64,000 nt of DNA from Azolla caroliniana (lineage: Eukaryota; Plantae; Polypodiophyta), in the NCBI GenBank assembly GCA_043228905.1, contig JBHGNT010000010.1, positions 11,842,001 through 11,906,000 of the forward strand, written 5' to 3'. The notes under the pieces are model-generated. The model was not told the DNA's origin. It searched no databases and worked only from the letters and a program-made list of their open reading frames with translations. Shown in pieces: positions 48,450 through 60,688 of this stretch. The position numbers were made by a program, and so were the translations under genes. Numbering within the stretch: the stretch's first letter is position 1; the number at the start of each line of letters is the position of its first letter.

Positions 48450-51400
48450 AGCGGACTATTGAAGCATGGGGCACAAATAGTCCGAGCAATCATAAGTCCC
48501 CACAAGGAAGCAAAGTGTGTGGATTGCAAGGAGAAGCAACATGCATCACACCTGGCGGCGCATGCAAACTTAGACTACTCAACAAGAAGGAAAAGTGTCA
48601 GATACAAGACTTCGAGGAGGTGCTGAAAGAAGAAAGCATAATCGAAGAAGAAGAATTCGTGTCATATATTCTGGAGGAAGCCTCATTTAACGACACCATC
48701 GGCGAAATCGAGGAAGTCGTGGATTTGAGCTATCCTCACCATCAACATGTGATTTCGGTTAACTCCGTCAACATGTATACTATCATCGAGGCATCTTGAT
48801 AGAGGAAGTCGAAGTCAACACAAAATATAAAACCGTGGATAGGAAGATCAAGCCAGTTGCAGTTCCGCTACCGGAAGATAGCTGGCAAAAGATGAAGGAA
48901 GTTGCAAAAGATCCAAGCTTAAGGAACCCAAATACAATTGGTCACGTCCTCACTGAAGAGACGAAGGGAAAGCTACGAGTTGGAAGGGAGGATTTCCTCC
49001 TCCCTAAAGAGGAGCGGATGTTTCGTGGAATGCTTGAAAGACATGGGAAGGCTTTCGCGTTTTTCCCACAAGAAATCAGGTGTGCTAATCCAAGGATGGT
49101 AGAACCGATGGTGATCTTCACGGTGCCGCATGTGCCTTGGAATTTGAATCTGATACCGGTTCCGAGAGCACACCTACCAAAGCTGATCGAGCTCTTAAAG
49201 GAGAAGGTGAGCATGGGAATTCTAGAACCGTTGAACGCTCCTTATTCTAATAGGTGGTTCACGGTGCCAAAGAAGAATGGATCGTTGCGATTCATTCAAA
49301 ATCTTCAACTTGTCAACAAGTTGACAATTCAGAATGCTGGAATCAGTCCGAGTGTGGATGAATTTGCCGAGGCATTTGCGGGCCGGTCCATCTACTCCAT
49401 CGGCGATCTTTACTCTGGCTACGATCAATTCCAGTTGGCGGTCGACAGTCGTGACATTAAAACCATGAGAACTCCAATCGGGTTGGTGCGGATGTGTACC
49501 TTACCTCAAGGCGCAACGAACTCGGTGGCTCATATGGTGAATGCCATGAACAAGGTCTTGAAGGATTGCATCCCGGATATCACGATGCCATTCTTAGATG
49601 ATATTCCGATAAAAGGATGTTCGGATGAAGAGAAGGATGAATCAAAAGATAAGGATGGCTGTAGAAAGTTCGTCATGGATCATATGAAAGATTGTGAGAA
49701 GGTGCTCCAAAGGCTCGAAAATGCGAATTTGACATTTTCGGGAGAAAAATCTGCATTCGGGCAACCGGAGATCCTGGTGGTAGGTCACTTGTGTGGAGCA
49801 TACGGTCGGAAGCCTTCGCCATCCAAGGTGAATGCAATCCAAGACATGAAAGAAGAATGTGTAACCCAAACGGAGGTTCGAAGGTTCCTTGGAGCATGCG
49901 TGTTTTATCAAATTTGGATTCCACACTACGCCCACAGTGTTGAGCCATTATATGGTCTACTAAAGAAGAAGCGGATGTTCGAATGGACGAGCGAGCATAC
50001 AATCGCCATCCAAAGGCTAAAGAAATTATTGATGGAGGCACCTGCATTACGGAAAGCGGACTATTCATACGGCAAGCCCATTTTTGTGACTGTGGATACT
50101 AGTCCAATAGGAATTGGATGGGTTATCAACCAAGAAGATGAAGATTGCAACCGATATGCAATTCGGTTTGGCGCGAAAGTGTTAAGTGACAGGCAAAGAA
50201 GGTATGCCCAAGTGAAGAGGGAGCTATGGGTGATCGTCTCGGCAATCAAATCTGATCGTGATTACCTTATTGGAGTAGAAGTCATAATTGAGACAGATTG
50301 CCTACCAATTTTGGGTATGATATCTGGTTGTAATACACCGGATATTGCCATGTTGCGTTGGATTGCATATATCAAATCACTCAACCTGGAGATCCGTCAT
50401 GTAGCTGGGAAGCGTAATGTCGTTGCAGACATGCTATCACGAGCGAGATACGACGGAGAAGAAGATCGACATTCTGATGAAGATGATGTTGGCCTGGATT
50501 TCTTTGCAAGTTCCTATGCTCGGGTGTTGATTACTTTCATAGAAGAGGACTACGAAGGCGAATTCGTGGAGATCGTGAAATACTTGAGTTCTCTCCAAAA
50601 AGATGAATCATGGTCGACGGAAGACTTCCATCGAATTCGGAAGAAAGCATACAAGTATTTCCTTAAGGATGGAGCTCTTTGGAAGCATGCAAAAAAGAAG
50701 AATGAGACTCCGATGAGAGTTGTCTACAAGCTAGAAGACCAACAAAGACTAATGTCTGAATTTCATGATAGTGTTTTTGCAGGCCATCGAGGAATATGGG
50801 CTACGTTTGCGAAGCTTAAGGAGAAATATTGGTGGCCGGGTATCTACAAAGATGTAGCAGCTTATGTGGAAACATGTAAGGAATGTCAGATGTTTTCGAA
50901 TATTCGCCATCGAGATGGACTTCATCCGACTTACTCGTTGGCTATGCACTACAAGTGGATGGTGGACATCGTGATGATGCCAATGGGGCGATGGCAGATG
51001 AAGTATCTTGTGCTTGCAAGCGAGGATCTTACCAATCAAGTTGAAGGGTGAGCATTAAGAACTAAGGAGACATCATCGGTATGTCGATTCCTTCTTGAAG
51101 ATTTTATTTGCAGATATGGATGCGTCGGCAAGATAGTGGCTGATAGAGGCGAGTTGGACGCCATTGAAGCTAGAGAATTCTTCTCGAGGATGGGAATCAA
51201 ATTATCTCTTACCATGGCGTATAATCCGGAAGCAAATGGGAAGGTGGAACGTGGACATGGACTGATTGTGAAGGCTCTAGTGAAAGCTTGCCATGGGAAA
51301 ATAGGAGAATGGCCGTGTCTATTGCCATTTGCATTATGGGCTGACAGGACTACTCATAGCACGGTGACGGGATACATGCCGACAGAGCTCATATTCGGAC

Positions 51401-51873
51401 AAAAGCCAATAATGCCGGTAGAACAAAGTATTATTTCATGGTTTGCATTGCCATGGCAAGATGAGACAAGTAGAGAAGATCTTCTAGCATTGAGGATTCG
51501 ACAATTAGAGCGGAATTTGGAAGATGTAGAGGGGGCTAAAGCGCGGCTAAAGAATGCAAGGCTAAAGAACAAGAAAGACTTCGATAAACGACATCGACTT
51601 CGGGCGACGAAAATCGTTGAAGGAGATTGGGTGCTAGTCTATGACAGTAGCCTAGATAACCAACATAGTACGGCTCGAAAATTCTCACAATGATGGTTTG
51701 GGCCATATGTGGTGAAGAAAGTGGAAGATAATGCAACATATCATTTAGTAGAACTGGATGGTACACCACTTGCCTTTCCAACTGCCGATAAAAGAATGAA
51801 GATCTTCAAGAGAAGAGATAGAATAGAAATTGGATTCGAAGTTTTTGACGATTCAGTCTTAAGCATCGATTAA
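48440..51873 (+). pseudogene. pol: H pol (RT-RH-INT) preceded by a frameshift pseudoknot at 48440-48503
   Basis: 751-aa ORF 48796..51051 (FLDD, VDTS, GHRG...CKEC) plus 51136..51693. Confidence 0.9.
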
Positions 51874-54427
51874 AAAGTATAGTAAACAAAAATGAATCCT
51901 CACCAAACTTGACACATACCGGTGGATGTGCACGTTTGGTGGGGGCGAATGTCGTGTGAATCTTCACACACTATGTAAAAAAATAATGAAATAATTATTA
52001 TAGATTAGATTAGTAGCTTACTATAGAAAGATAGATATACTCAAGAGCTTCAAAATGTATTTTACTATATACAAAATGGAGAAATACATATCAAGTTATG
52101 AGAAAATAAAGTTTGAGAAGATAGGGAAATTAGAACTATCCCACATAGATAGGAAAGTTAAGGCCCTGGCTATATAAACACCTTGAGCTCCCTCATTTTT
52201 CATTAGTGCTAAGAGCACTTTGGCCACTTTGTCTTGATGGATGATGGTGGCCAAATTCCCTAAAACCGGAACCGGACCCGGTATGCAAACCGGAAACCGA
52301 CCGTCAAGCAAAACCGGAACCGGAACCGACAAGCAAACTGGAACTGGCCGGCAAGCAAAATCGGAACCGGAACCGGAACCGGCAAGCAAACCGGGACCGA
52401 CCGGCAAGCAAAACCGGAGCTGGAACCGGCAAGCAAACCGGAACTGGCTACTGGACAAGGTTGGACGCGGACGGACGAAAGATTGGATCATGCAACAAAC
52501 TAAAGTAAAGGCCATGTGGACGCAAGCAACTAAAGTTGGAGTGCATGGAAAAAGTAAAGGTCATGTGGACAGTCACATGCAACCAAAAGAAAAAGCTAGG
52601 CAACTAAAAGTAGAGGCCATGCAACAAAAAGTGGAAAGGCTATGATCAAGGGAGAACTCCATATTTATTCCATTTTTTTTTCCTACACTAGGACTAACTC
52701 TCCATATTATCTTAATTTTTTTTCTTTTCTTTGGGAGCTCTCTTATATTACCGAAGCCAATAACCCTAATATTCCCTATGGAAGCTATCTCTCAAGTAAA
52801 CCATAATTTCCATACGGAAGCAATCTCTCAAAATCCAAAATTCCTTGTCAAAGCCATATCACTCAAGAATCATAATCTCTTATTTCCTCTAATCTATTAT
52901 TCTAATCATCTCCATAAGATAAAACTTTTGTAATCCCAATCTTGGGATTGATTGTAATCTTTCTTTCCCTTTTATTAATGAAATTTGTTAATCTTTCTCA
53001 TTTCAGTTAATTCTTAGTACATAAATACACGAATTTGATATCCTCTAGACAAAGGCCCCGAGGTCTTGCCTCAACGTTCACGTATCCTCGTCGTATTTTC
53101 GTGACATCGGTCGCATGCAACTAAAGAAAAAGCCATGCAATTAAAAATAGATTCAACGAAAAGAAAAGCTATGCAACTAAAAGTAAAGGCCATGCAAAAA
53201 AAAGTGGAGGCATATGATCAACGGGGAACTCCATATATATATTCAATTTTTTTCTTACACAGGGGCTCTCTCCATATTATCTTAATTTTCTTTTCCTTCT
53301 CAACTCCCTTATCTTAGGGAAGCCATATCTCTCATCAACCCTAATCTTCCCTACGGAAGCCATAACACTAAAAAACGTTAATCTTCCCTACGGAAGCCAT
53401 AACACTCAAAAACGCTAATCTTCCCTATGGAAGCCATAATACTCATATAACCATAATCTCTTATGAAAGCCAAGAACCCTAAATCTCTATGGAATCCATA
53501 TCTTAGTTTCCACTAATCTATTATTCTAGCAATCTCCTTAAGATAAAACTTTTGTAATCTCAATCTTGAGATTGATTGTAATCTTTCTTTCCCTTTATTA
53601 ATGAAATTTGTGAATCCTTATCATTTTGTATTAATTGTTTAATATAATCATACGAATCTGATATCTTCCGGTTCGAGGCCCCGGGGTCCTGCCTCAAAGT
53701 TCACGTATCCTCGTCGTATTTTCGCGACACCGATAGGCCAAGGCCGAAACTGGATGACAAGTACCCGGCTACGGAAGACCCGGTGAGATTCGGATGACGA
53801 GTACCCGGCAAGAGCCGGATGTTGAAGACCCGGTGAGAACCAGATGTGGAGTACCCGACAACGGAAGACCCGGTGAGAACCGGATGACGTGTGCTCGGCA
53901 AGCGCTGAATGATGCAGGCCCGGTGAGGAGTGCTCACCGGATGAAGGGACATATTCGTAAATATGTTTCTGAGAGTCCATCGGGGCTATATTTGTAAATA
54001 GCCAGAAAGTCATATTAGTATAAATATGACTTAGGGCAAACATTAGTTTGTTGTTGTTATTCTTGTTGGTGCAAGATTAGAGGGTGTAACTGTGTACAGA
54101 GAGAGAGAGAGAGGAAGAGGTTGTTGCCTCTATTGTAATCGCCGCCTGTGGCGAAGATAGCAAGCTCGAGGTCGTTGCCTCGGTGCTTCACTATTGTACA
54201 TTCTGATATAGTGATAGTTTGCAGTCTGTGGGCTGTCGTGGTTTTTCCCTAGTTTGGGTTTTCCACGTTAACATCCTGTGTTCTCTTCTCTTCACTGTGT
54301 CGTTCGTTCATTACCCGTTTACTGTGTTTGATTCTAGGCTCGGTTGTGGCTGAGCGTTGTTCATCGGGAGCGTGTATTCTTGTCATAAAAAACCTAGTGA
54401 AAGTTTGTATAGAAAGGGATGAAAGCA

Positions 54428-54481
54428 AGGCTTGAACCTTGCACCTCCAGGATAGGAGGCAATAGACTTACCACTAAGCTA
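54428..54481 (-). promoter_or_regulatory. tRNA-like A/B-box module in G 5' LTR (antisense)
   Basis: Minus strand TAGCTTAGTGG...cctcc-tatcct-ggagg...GCAAGGTTCAAGCCTTGC; second copy 61247-61300. Confidence 0.65.
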
Positions 54482-55007
54482 AATCATTTCTTTAGAAATG
54501 TTTTTGCTACCATTATACTTTTACATGGAAATTCTCATATTAGAGCTTGATTGAGTGACATGGTTATCATGCATCACATGTAATGCATGAGGGCCAAATG
54601 GCAAACATGCATCACATGCATTTCGTGCATTGTATGCATGTCTTGTACCCTCACATGCATCATATGCATGGGGGCATCTATAAAAGAGTGGTTGAAAAAG
54701 ATCAAAGGGGGGCGATGTATGAATCAAGAAATGAAAAGTAAGAAAACTTGTTATCCCATTTGGTGATGTATATATCTTGTCTCTCAAGTCTAATGTCAAG
54801 GGTTCAATCTTAATCTCTCTCTCCATTTCAATCTCTCTCAACCGATAGTCAAGCGTTCTATCTTATCTCAATCTCTTTCTCTTTCAATCTATCTTAAATA
54901 CTTTCTCGCTAAAGCTACTACAAACTTCGAATCCTTTTGGTCCAGAACCCTCGCGGTTCCGCCTCACGATCCAAACGTAGTGACGGATTTTTCACGACAT
55001 AATAAAG

Positions 55008-55025
55008 TGGTGAACCCGACGTGAA
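55008..55025 (+). promoter_or_regulatory. PBS tRNA-Trp (G)
   Basis: TGGTGAACCCGACGTGAA, 8 nt after the LTR. Confidence 0.9.
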
Positions 55026-55071
55026 AGAGGCGGTAGGAAGGATCAAGTCGAGGATCAACCGATACTTGGAG

Positions 55072-57275
55072 ATGGCATCCTCAAGCAATCAAGTGGGAGA
55101 GTTTGAAATGTTGATGCTAATTGTCGAACAAATGATGAGATCTGGGGACAACGATGCGAGCATGGAGAAGGCTGTCGACCGTGTTGTGGAGCTTGAGGGT
55201 CAATTTGACGGAAGGAACATTACGAAGTTCCTTGATGCATATAGAAGGGAGATGAATAAGAGGGACGTGTCTGAAGCATGTCAAATCACAAAATCACAAG
55301 TTTCAAGAGAGTGGTCGCCAATAACATCCAAAGACGCATTATTGAGCTTCTAGAACGCAAGACAACATGGTCCGAATTCGAGAAAGCGATATTAGTGGAG
55401 TTCGCGATGGAAGATTTGTCGAGGATGACTCGACATGCCTTGATGAATTGGATAGAGAAAGAAAATAAGAAGATGAGCGCCTCGAGGGTGTACAACGAAT
55501 TCGACCAGATGTTTAGTCGTCTCCCCGTCATGGACCAAGTGCTGCTTGAGGAGGACAAGACTTTGTACTTCTTGGAAGTTGTGGACATGAAGGATAGACG
55601 AGAATTGGGGACTATTCTTGAAGATGATACCCAAGCAAACGGGCTTGTGGTAGATTGGATTGCGGTGAAACGGGCGTGCAATAGGCTCGACAAGCGTCGT
55701 CAGTGGGTTGATGACAACGACTTGGTAGGATCGATTGTGGAGAAAACGAGACAACTGAAAGTTACTGAACCAGCCAAACAATGTAACCCGGAAGAAAAGA
55801 AGATTGATGATGACATCATCGAAGAACTGGTGAAGAATTTAGAGACAGTCACGCTAGCCAACATGAATCGTCGGGGCCCCAAAGGAAAAGAACCCTTTAG
55901 ATGTGTGTGGTGCGACAACTTGGATCACATGAGAAGGTGAGCGAGCCTTCGAGAGGCCATCCGACAAAATATCTTATACATGGATGACAACAGGATCTGC
56001 TCGAGTGAAACTCGAAGACCCCTATGGGTGAATTTCGAAAGAGGGGGAATGAAGAAATCTATGGAAGATGCTAAGGCGGCTCATGTGGATGCGATGCACT
56101 ATGCTGCATTGGCTGGAATTAGAGTCGGAAAAGATAAAAATGAAGCTGCTAGAACGGGAACAAAGTTTTGGTCTTCTATTCTCGAGTGTAAGAAGAAGGG
56201 CAAAGTTACTTCGGATGATGTAGAGCTTGCAAACCGAAGTGTACAAAGTATCACCGGATGGTCGGATCCGGTAGATGACAACACCATACTCGTGGAAGTG
56301 ATGTGTGACAACCACGAGGTGTTCGTGGATGAAAAGAGAAAAAGAATGGAAGGGAAAGATAGCCCATCAAAAAGACATAAAACAAGGAGCACGAAGAAGA
56401 AAGAAGATGCAAAAGCAACTTGAGCTTTACGAACGGAGGATGGAGACTCAAGCGGGAAAGAGGAGTCAAGCAAATGAGTCGAAGAAACGGTACGGCCCGT
56501 GAAGGTTGGTGTCGAAGACCCCACTCGGAAGACAAGTATTATGCCTACCTATAAATTAAAGTCGGACATAGAACAAATGACAGACTTGAAGAAGATTCTC
56601 GAGGAACGTGTTCTTGATAGCCACGTGACCTTGTCCTTGAGGGAATTTCTTGGCATTACGAAGAAGGAGTTCCATGATACGATTGGGGACCTCGTAAAGA
56701 GAAAAAGGCAATAGTCGGACGAAGAAGAAGAGAAGCCACTAAAAGCAAAAGCGAATTCCATAACGATGGCAAGAGACGAAGTTGAGGAAGATATGGTGGA
56801 CAACCACTATACTCGACCTCATTGGGCATGAGCAACGTCGAAGACACTAGTAAAGTTGGGGGAATGAAAAGAGACATTCGTAGCATTAATAGACCATGGG
56901 TCCGAAATCAACCTTATGTCGACTGAGGTCTACAGGAAGGGAAGATGGCCCATAAATACGAATCATGGGTGGAAGATCCGTGCTGCTACGAAAGCTACCG
57001 AAGACTTATATGGGGCATGTCCTAACATCCCCATCATGATTGGCGATGTCGAGATAGATCAACATTCTTTTGTTCAAGACTCGAAGTCCCATCCCATCAT
57101 TCTTTGGCAACCGTACATAACATCATCATGGATGGAAACCAAAGTGTTCGACAATGGTGCGACATTTGCTCGAGTAAGGAGTCTTGATGGGAAGAAGGCC
57201 GTACAATTCTTGATTGTACGTGCCAACCATGAAAGGAATTGGAATTGTCTCGGAGAAGATGCTTCGGAATTTTAG
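55072..57275 (+). pseudogene. gag: G gag-protease
   Basis: GQFDGRNITKFL, CVWCDNLDH, LIDHGSEINL; frameshifts and stops. Confidence 0.88.
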
Positions 57276-60200
57276 AGCGGACTATTGAAGCATGGGGCAC
57301 AAATAGTCCGACCAATCACAAGTCCCCACAAGAAAGTAGAGTGCGTGGATTGCAAGGAGCAGCAACATGTGTCACACCTAGTGGCGCATGTAAACTAGTA
57401 CTACCCAACAAAAAGGACACGCGTCGGATACAAGACTTCGAGAAGATGCTGAAAGAAGAAAACATAATAGAAGAAGAAGAATTCGTGACTCATATTATGG
57501 AAGAAGCCTCATTTAACGACACCATCGGTGAAATCAAGGAAGTCGTGGACTTGAGCTATCTTCACGATCAACATGTGATTTCGGTTAACTCCGTCAACAT
57601 GTACGCTATCATCTATGAATACCATCGAAGCATCCTGATGGAGGAAGTTGAAGTCAACACAAAATATAAAATGGTGGATAGAAAGATCAAGCCAGTTGTG
57701 GTTCCCCTACCAAAAGATAGTTGGCAAAAGATGAAGGAAGTCGCTAATGATCCAAGGTTAAGGGATCCAAAGGCAACAGGTCATGTCGTCACCGAAGAGA
57801 CAAAAAGAAAGCTATGAGTTGGAAAGGAGGATTTCCTCCTCCCTGAAGAGGTGTGAATGTTTCGCGACATGTTTGAGCGCCATCGGAAGGCTTTCGCAGT
57901 TTTCCCACAAGAAATCGGATGTGCTGATCCAAGGACGATAGAACCGATGGTGATCTTCACGGTGCCGCATATGCCTTGGAATTTGAAACCGATACCGGTT
58001 CCGAGAGCACACCTAGCGAGGTTGATCGAGCTCTGAAAGGAAAAGGTGGATATGGGAATTTCGGAACCGTCGAATGCTCCCTATTCTTATAGGTGGTTCA
58101 CGGTGCCGAAGAAGAATGGATCATTGTGATTCATCCAAGATCTTCAACCTGTCAACAAGGTGACAATTCGGAATGCTAGAAATCGGTCCGAGTGTGGATG
58201 AATTTGCTGAAGCGTTTGCGGGCCGGTCTATCTATTCCATTGGCAATCTCTACTTTGGATATGATCAATTCCAATTGGTGGTCGACAGTCGTGACATTAC
58301 AACTATGAGGACTCCGATCGGGCTTGTGCGGATGTGTACCTTACCTCAAGGTGCAATGAACTCGGTGGCTCATATAGTGAATTCCATGAACAAGGTCTTG
58401 AAGGATTGCATCCCGGGCATCACGATGCCATTCTTGGATGATATTCCGATAAAAGGGTGTTCGGATGAGGAGAAGGATGAATCGAAAGATACGGAAGGGT
58501 GTAGAAAGTTCGTTGTGGATCATATGAAAGACTGTGAAAAGGTGCTCCAAAGGCTCAAAGATGCGAATTTGACATTTTCGGGAGAAAAATCCGCATTTGG
58601 GCAACCAGAGATCTTGGTGGTAGGTCACTTATGTGGAGCATATGGCTGGAAGCCTTCGCCATCCAAGGTGAATGCGATCCAGGACATGAAAGAAGAATGC
58701 GTAAACCAAACAGAGGTTCGAAGATTCCTTAGAGCATGCGTGTTTTATCATATCTGGATTCTGCACTACGCTCATGTCGCCGAGCCATTATATGGATTGC
58801 AAAAGAAAAGAATGAAGTTCGAATGGTGAGACGAGCATACAAACGCGATGCGAAGATTGAAGAAACTACTTCTTGAAGCTCCAATACTAAGGAAGGCCGA
58901 TTGATGTGACTGTAGATATGAGCCCAACCGGAATCAGGTGGGTCATTAACAAAGAAGGAGAAGATAATGTGCGGTATGCCATTCGGTTTGGAGCAAATGT
59001 TCTCAGTGAACGACAACAAAGATACGCCCAAGTCAAGCGAGAACTTTGGGGTATTGTGTCTGTAGTGAAGATGGACAAAGACTACATGATCTGGTCGGAA
59101 GTGATAATTGAGACAAATTGTCTCCTAATCCTCGGGATGATCTCAGGATGTGCGACACCAGACCTAGATGTGCTAAGGTGGATCGCCTATATCAAGTCTT
59201 TAAACCCAGAGATTCGCCACATTATAGGGAAGAAGAACGCCATGGCTGACATGCTGTCGAGGGAAAGATTTCAGAATGAACGTGATATGGTTTCGGAAGA
59301 TGAAGACGTCACCCTCGACTTCTTCAAGATGGCCCAACTATCGGCGGAACAGAAGGACACGCTCACCCTCCACGCCTTCAACGAGGACAAGTACGAAGGA
59401 GAGTGGTTACTGATTGGCAGATTCTTAAGAACAATGTCGGCGGATGCTTCGTTGACGAAAGAGGAGGCTCTACAAATCCGGAAGAAAGCTTACCAATACT
59501 TCCTAAAGGGAGGATTCCTTTGGCGACACCCAAAAAGTAGGACAAGAATGCCACATCGAGTGGTGGTGAAGAAAGAAGAGCAAGTGACGCTAATGACCGA
59601 ATTCCACGAGAGTCCTTGGGCGGGTCATAGAGGAACATGGGCGATGTTCAAAAAGTTGAAGGAAAAGTACTAGTGGCCAAGCATGTACAAAGATGTACTC
59701 CATTTCGTGTCCACATGCGAAACTTGCCAAGTACATTCGAACATACGTCATCGTGATGAGTTACGACCGACATACCCGCTCACCATACACTTCAAATGGA
59801 TGGTGGATCTAGTCTCGATACCAATGGGAGTAAGTCAAGTGAAGTACTTAGTACTGGCAAGACAAATCAAGTGGAAGGACGAGCCTTGGCAAATAAGACG
59901 ACATCAGCTGTTTGCAAATTTCTACTAGAAGAGGTTGTCTACCGATATGGATGTGTGGGAAAGATAGTGCCTGATCGAGGGGAGTTGGATGTGCGTGAAG
60001 CAACGGAGCTCTTCAATCGACTAGGCGTGAAGCTCTCCTTCACGACTGCCTACAATCCAGAAGCTAATGGGAAGATCGAGAGAGGGCATGGACCAATCGT
60101 CAAAGCCATCATACGGGCATGCAACAGTCGAGTCGGGAACTGGCCACGACTATTGCCCTATGCCTTGTGGGCCGACAGAACTACACACAGTTCAGTGACA

Positions 60201-60590
60201 GGGTATATGCCGACAGAGCTTACATATGGATAGAAGCTCGTAATGCCCATCGAAAGGACGATCGCCTCATGGGTAGCGATACCTTGGGAGAACGAGATGA
60301 GCCGAGAAGAATTATTAGCGGCACAGATAAGGCAGCTTGAAAGAAGGCTTGAAGATTTAGAAAAAGCGCGAAAGATGATGGAGGCAGCCCGAGTGAAGAA
60401 CAAGATTTGGTTCAAGAGGACACATCAACTGCATCCCAAGAAGATCGAAGAAGGAGATTGGGTATTGGTCTATGATAACAACCTTCACAATCAACACAAG
60501 ACAACAAGAAAAGACAAGACAAGGATCTTGACCTCGATCACCTCGACGATGAAGATAGTAGGACTGAACGTACAGACTTCAGTTATGTGA
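57239..60590 (+). pseudogene. pol: G pol (RT-RH-INT) with frameshift pseudoknot at 57266-57330
   Basis: FLDD, GHRG, PEANGKIERGH; many stops; GPY module deleted near 60510. Confidence 0.88.
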
Positions 60591-60688
60591 ACGAGGACAT
60601 GGAGGAATCTGATTAATGACTGTGGCTGAAATCTCACACTCTCTCTTCTTGGCATGTACCGGAGGACATGCGGTTTGGTGGAGGTGGA

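Larger units (their letters stand above)
45005..53106 (+). mobile_element. Element H: full-length Ty3/Gypsy inserted into an LTR of its own family
   Basis: LTRs 45005-46207 and 51950-53106, PBS 46212-46229, PPT ~51934-51949, TSD acgg/tcgg. Confidence 0.92.
44086..53729 (+). mobile_element. H-type solo LTR (44086-45004 plus 53111-53729) interrupted by H
   Basis: TGTCGTGTG...CGCGACA, perfect TSD ccga/ccga, homologous to H LTRs. Confidence 0.87.
44014..54385 (+). mobile_element. Solo LTR of an unrelated family (44014-44085 plus 53734-54385) inside the G 5' LTR
   Basis: TGTT...TCA ends, 5-bp TSD taaaa/taaaa, GTGGTTTTTCCC...GGGTTTTCCACG motif, ~40-bp gaagacccggtgag repeats. Confidence 0.8.
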
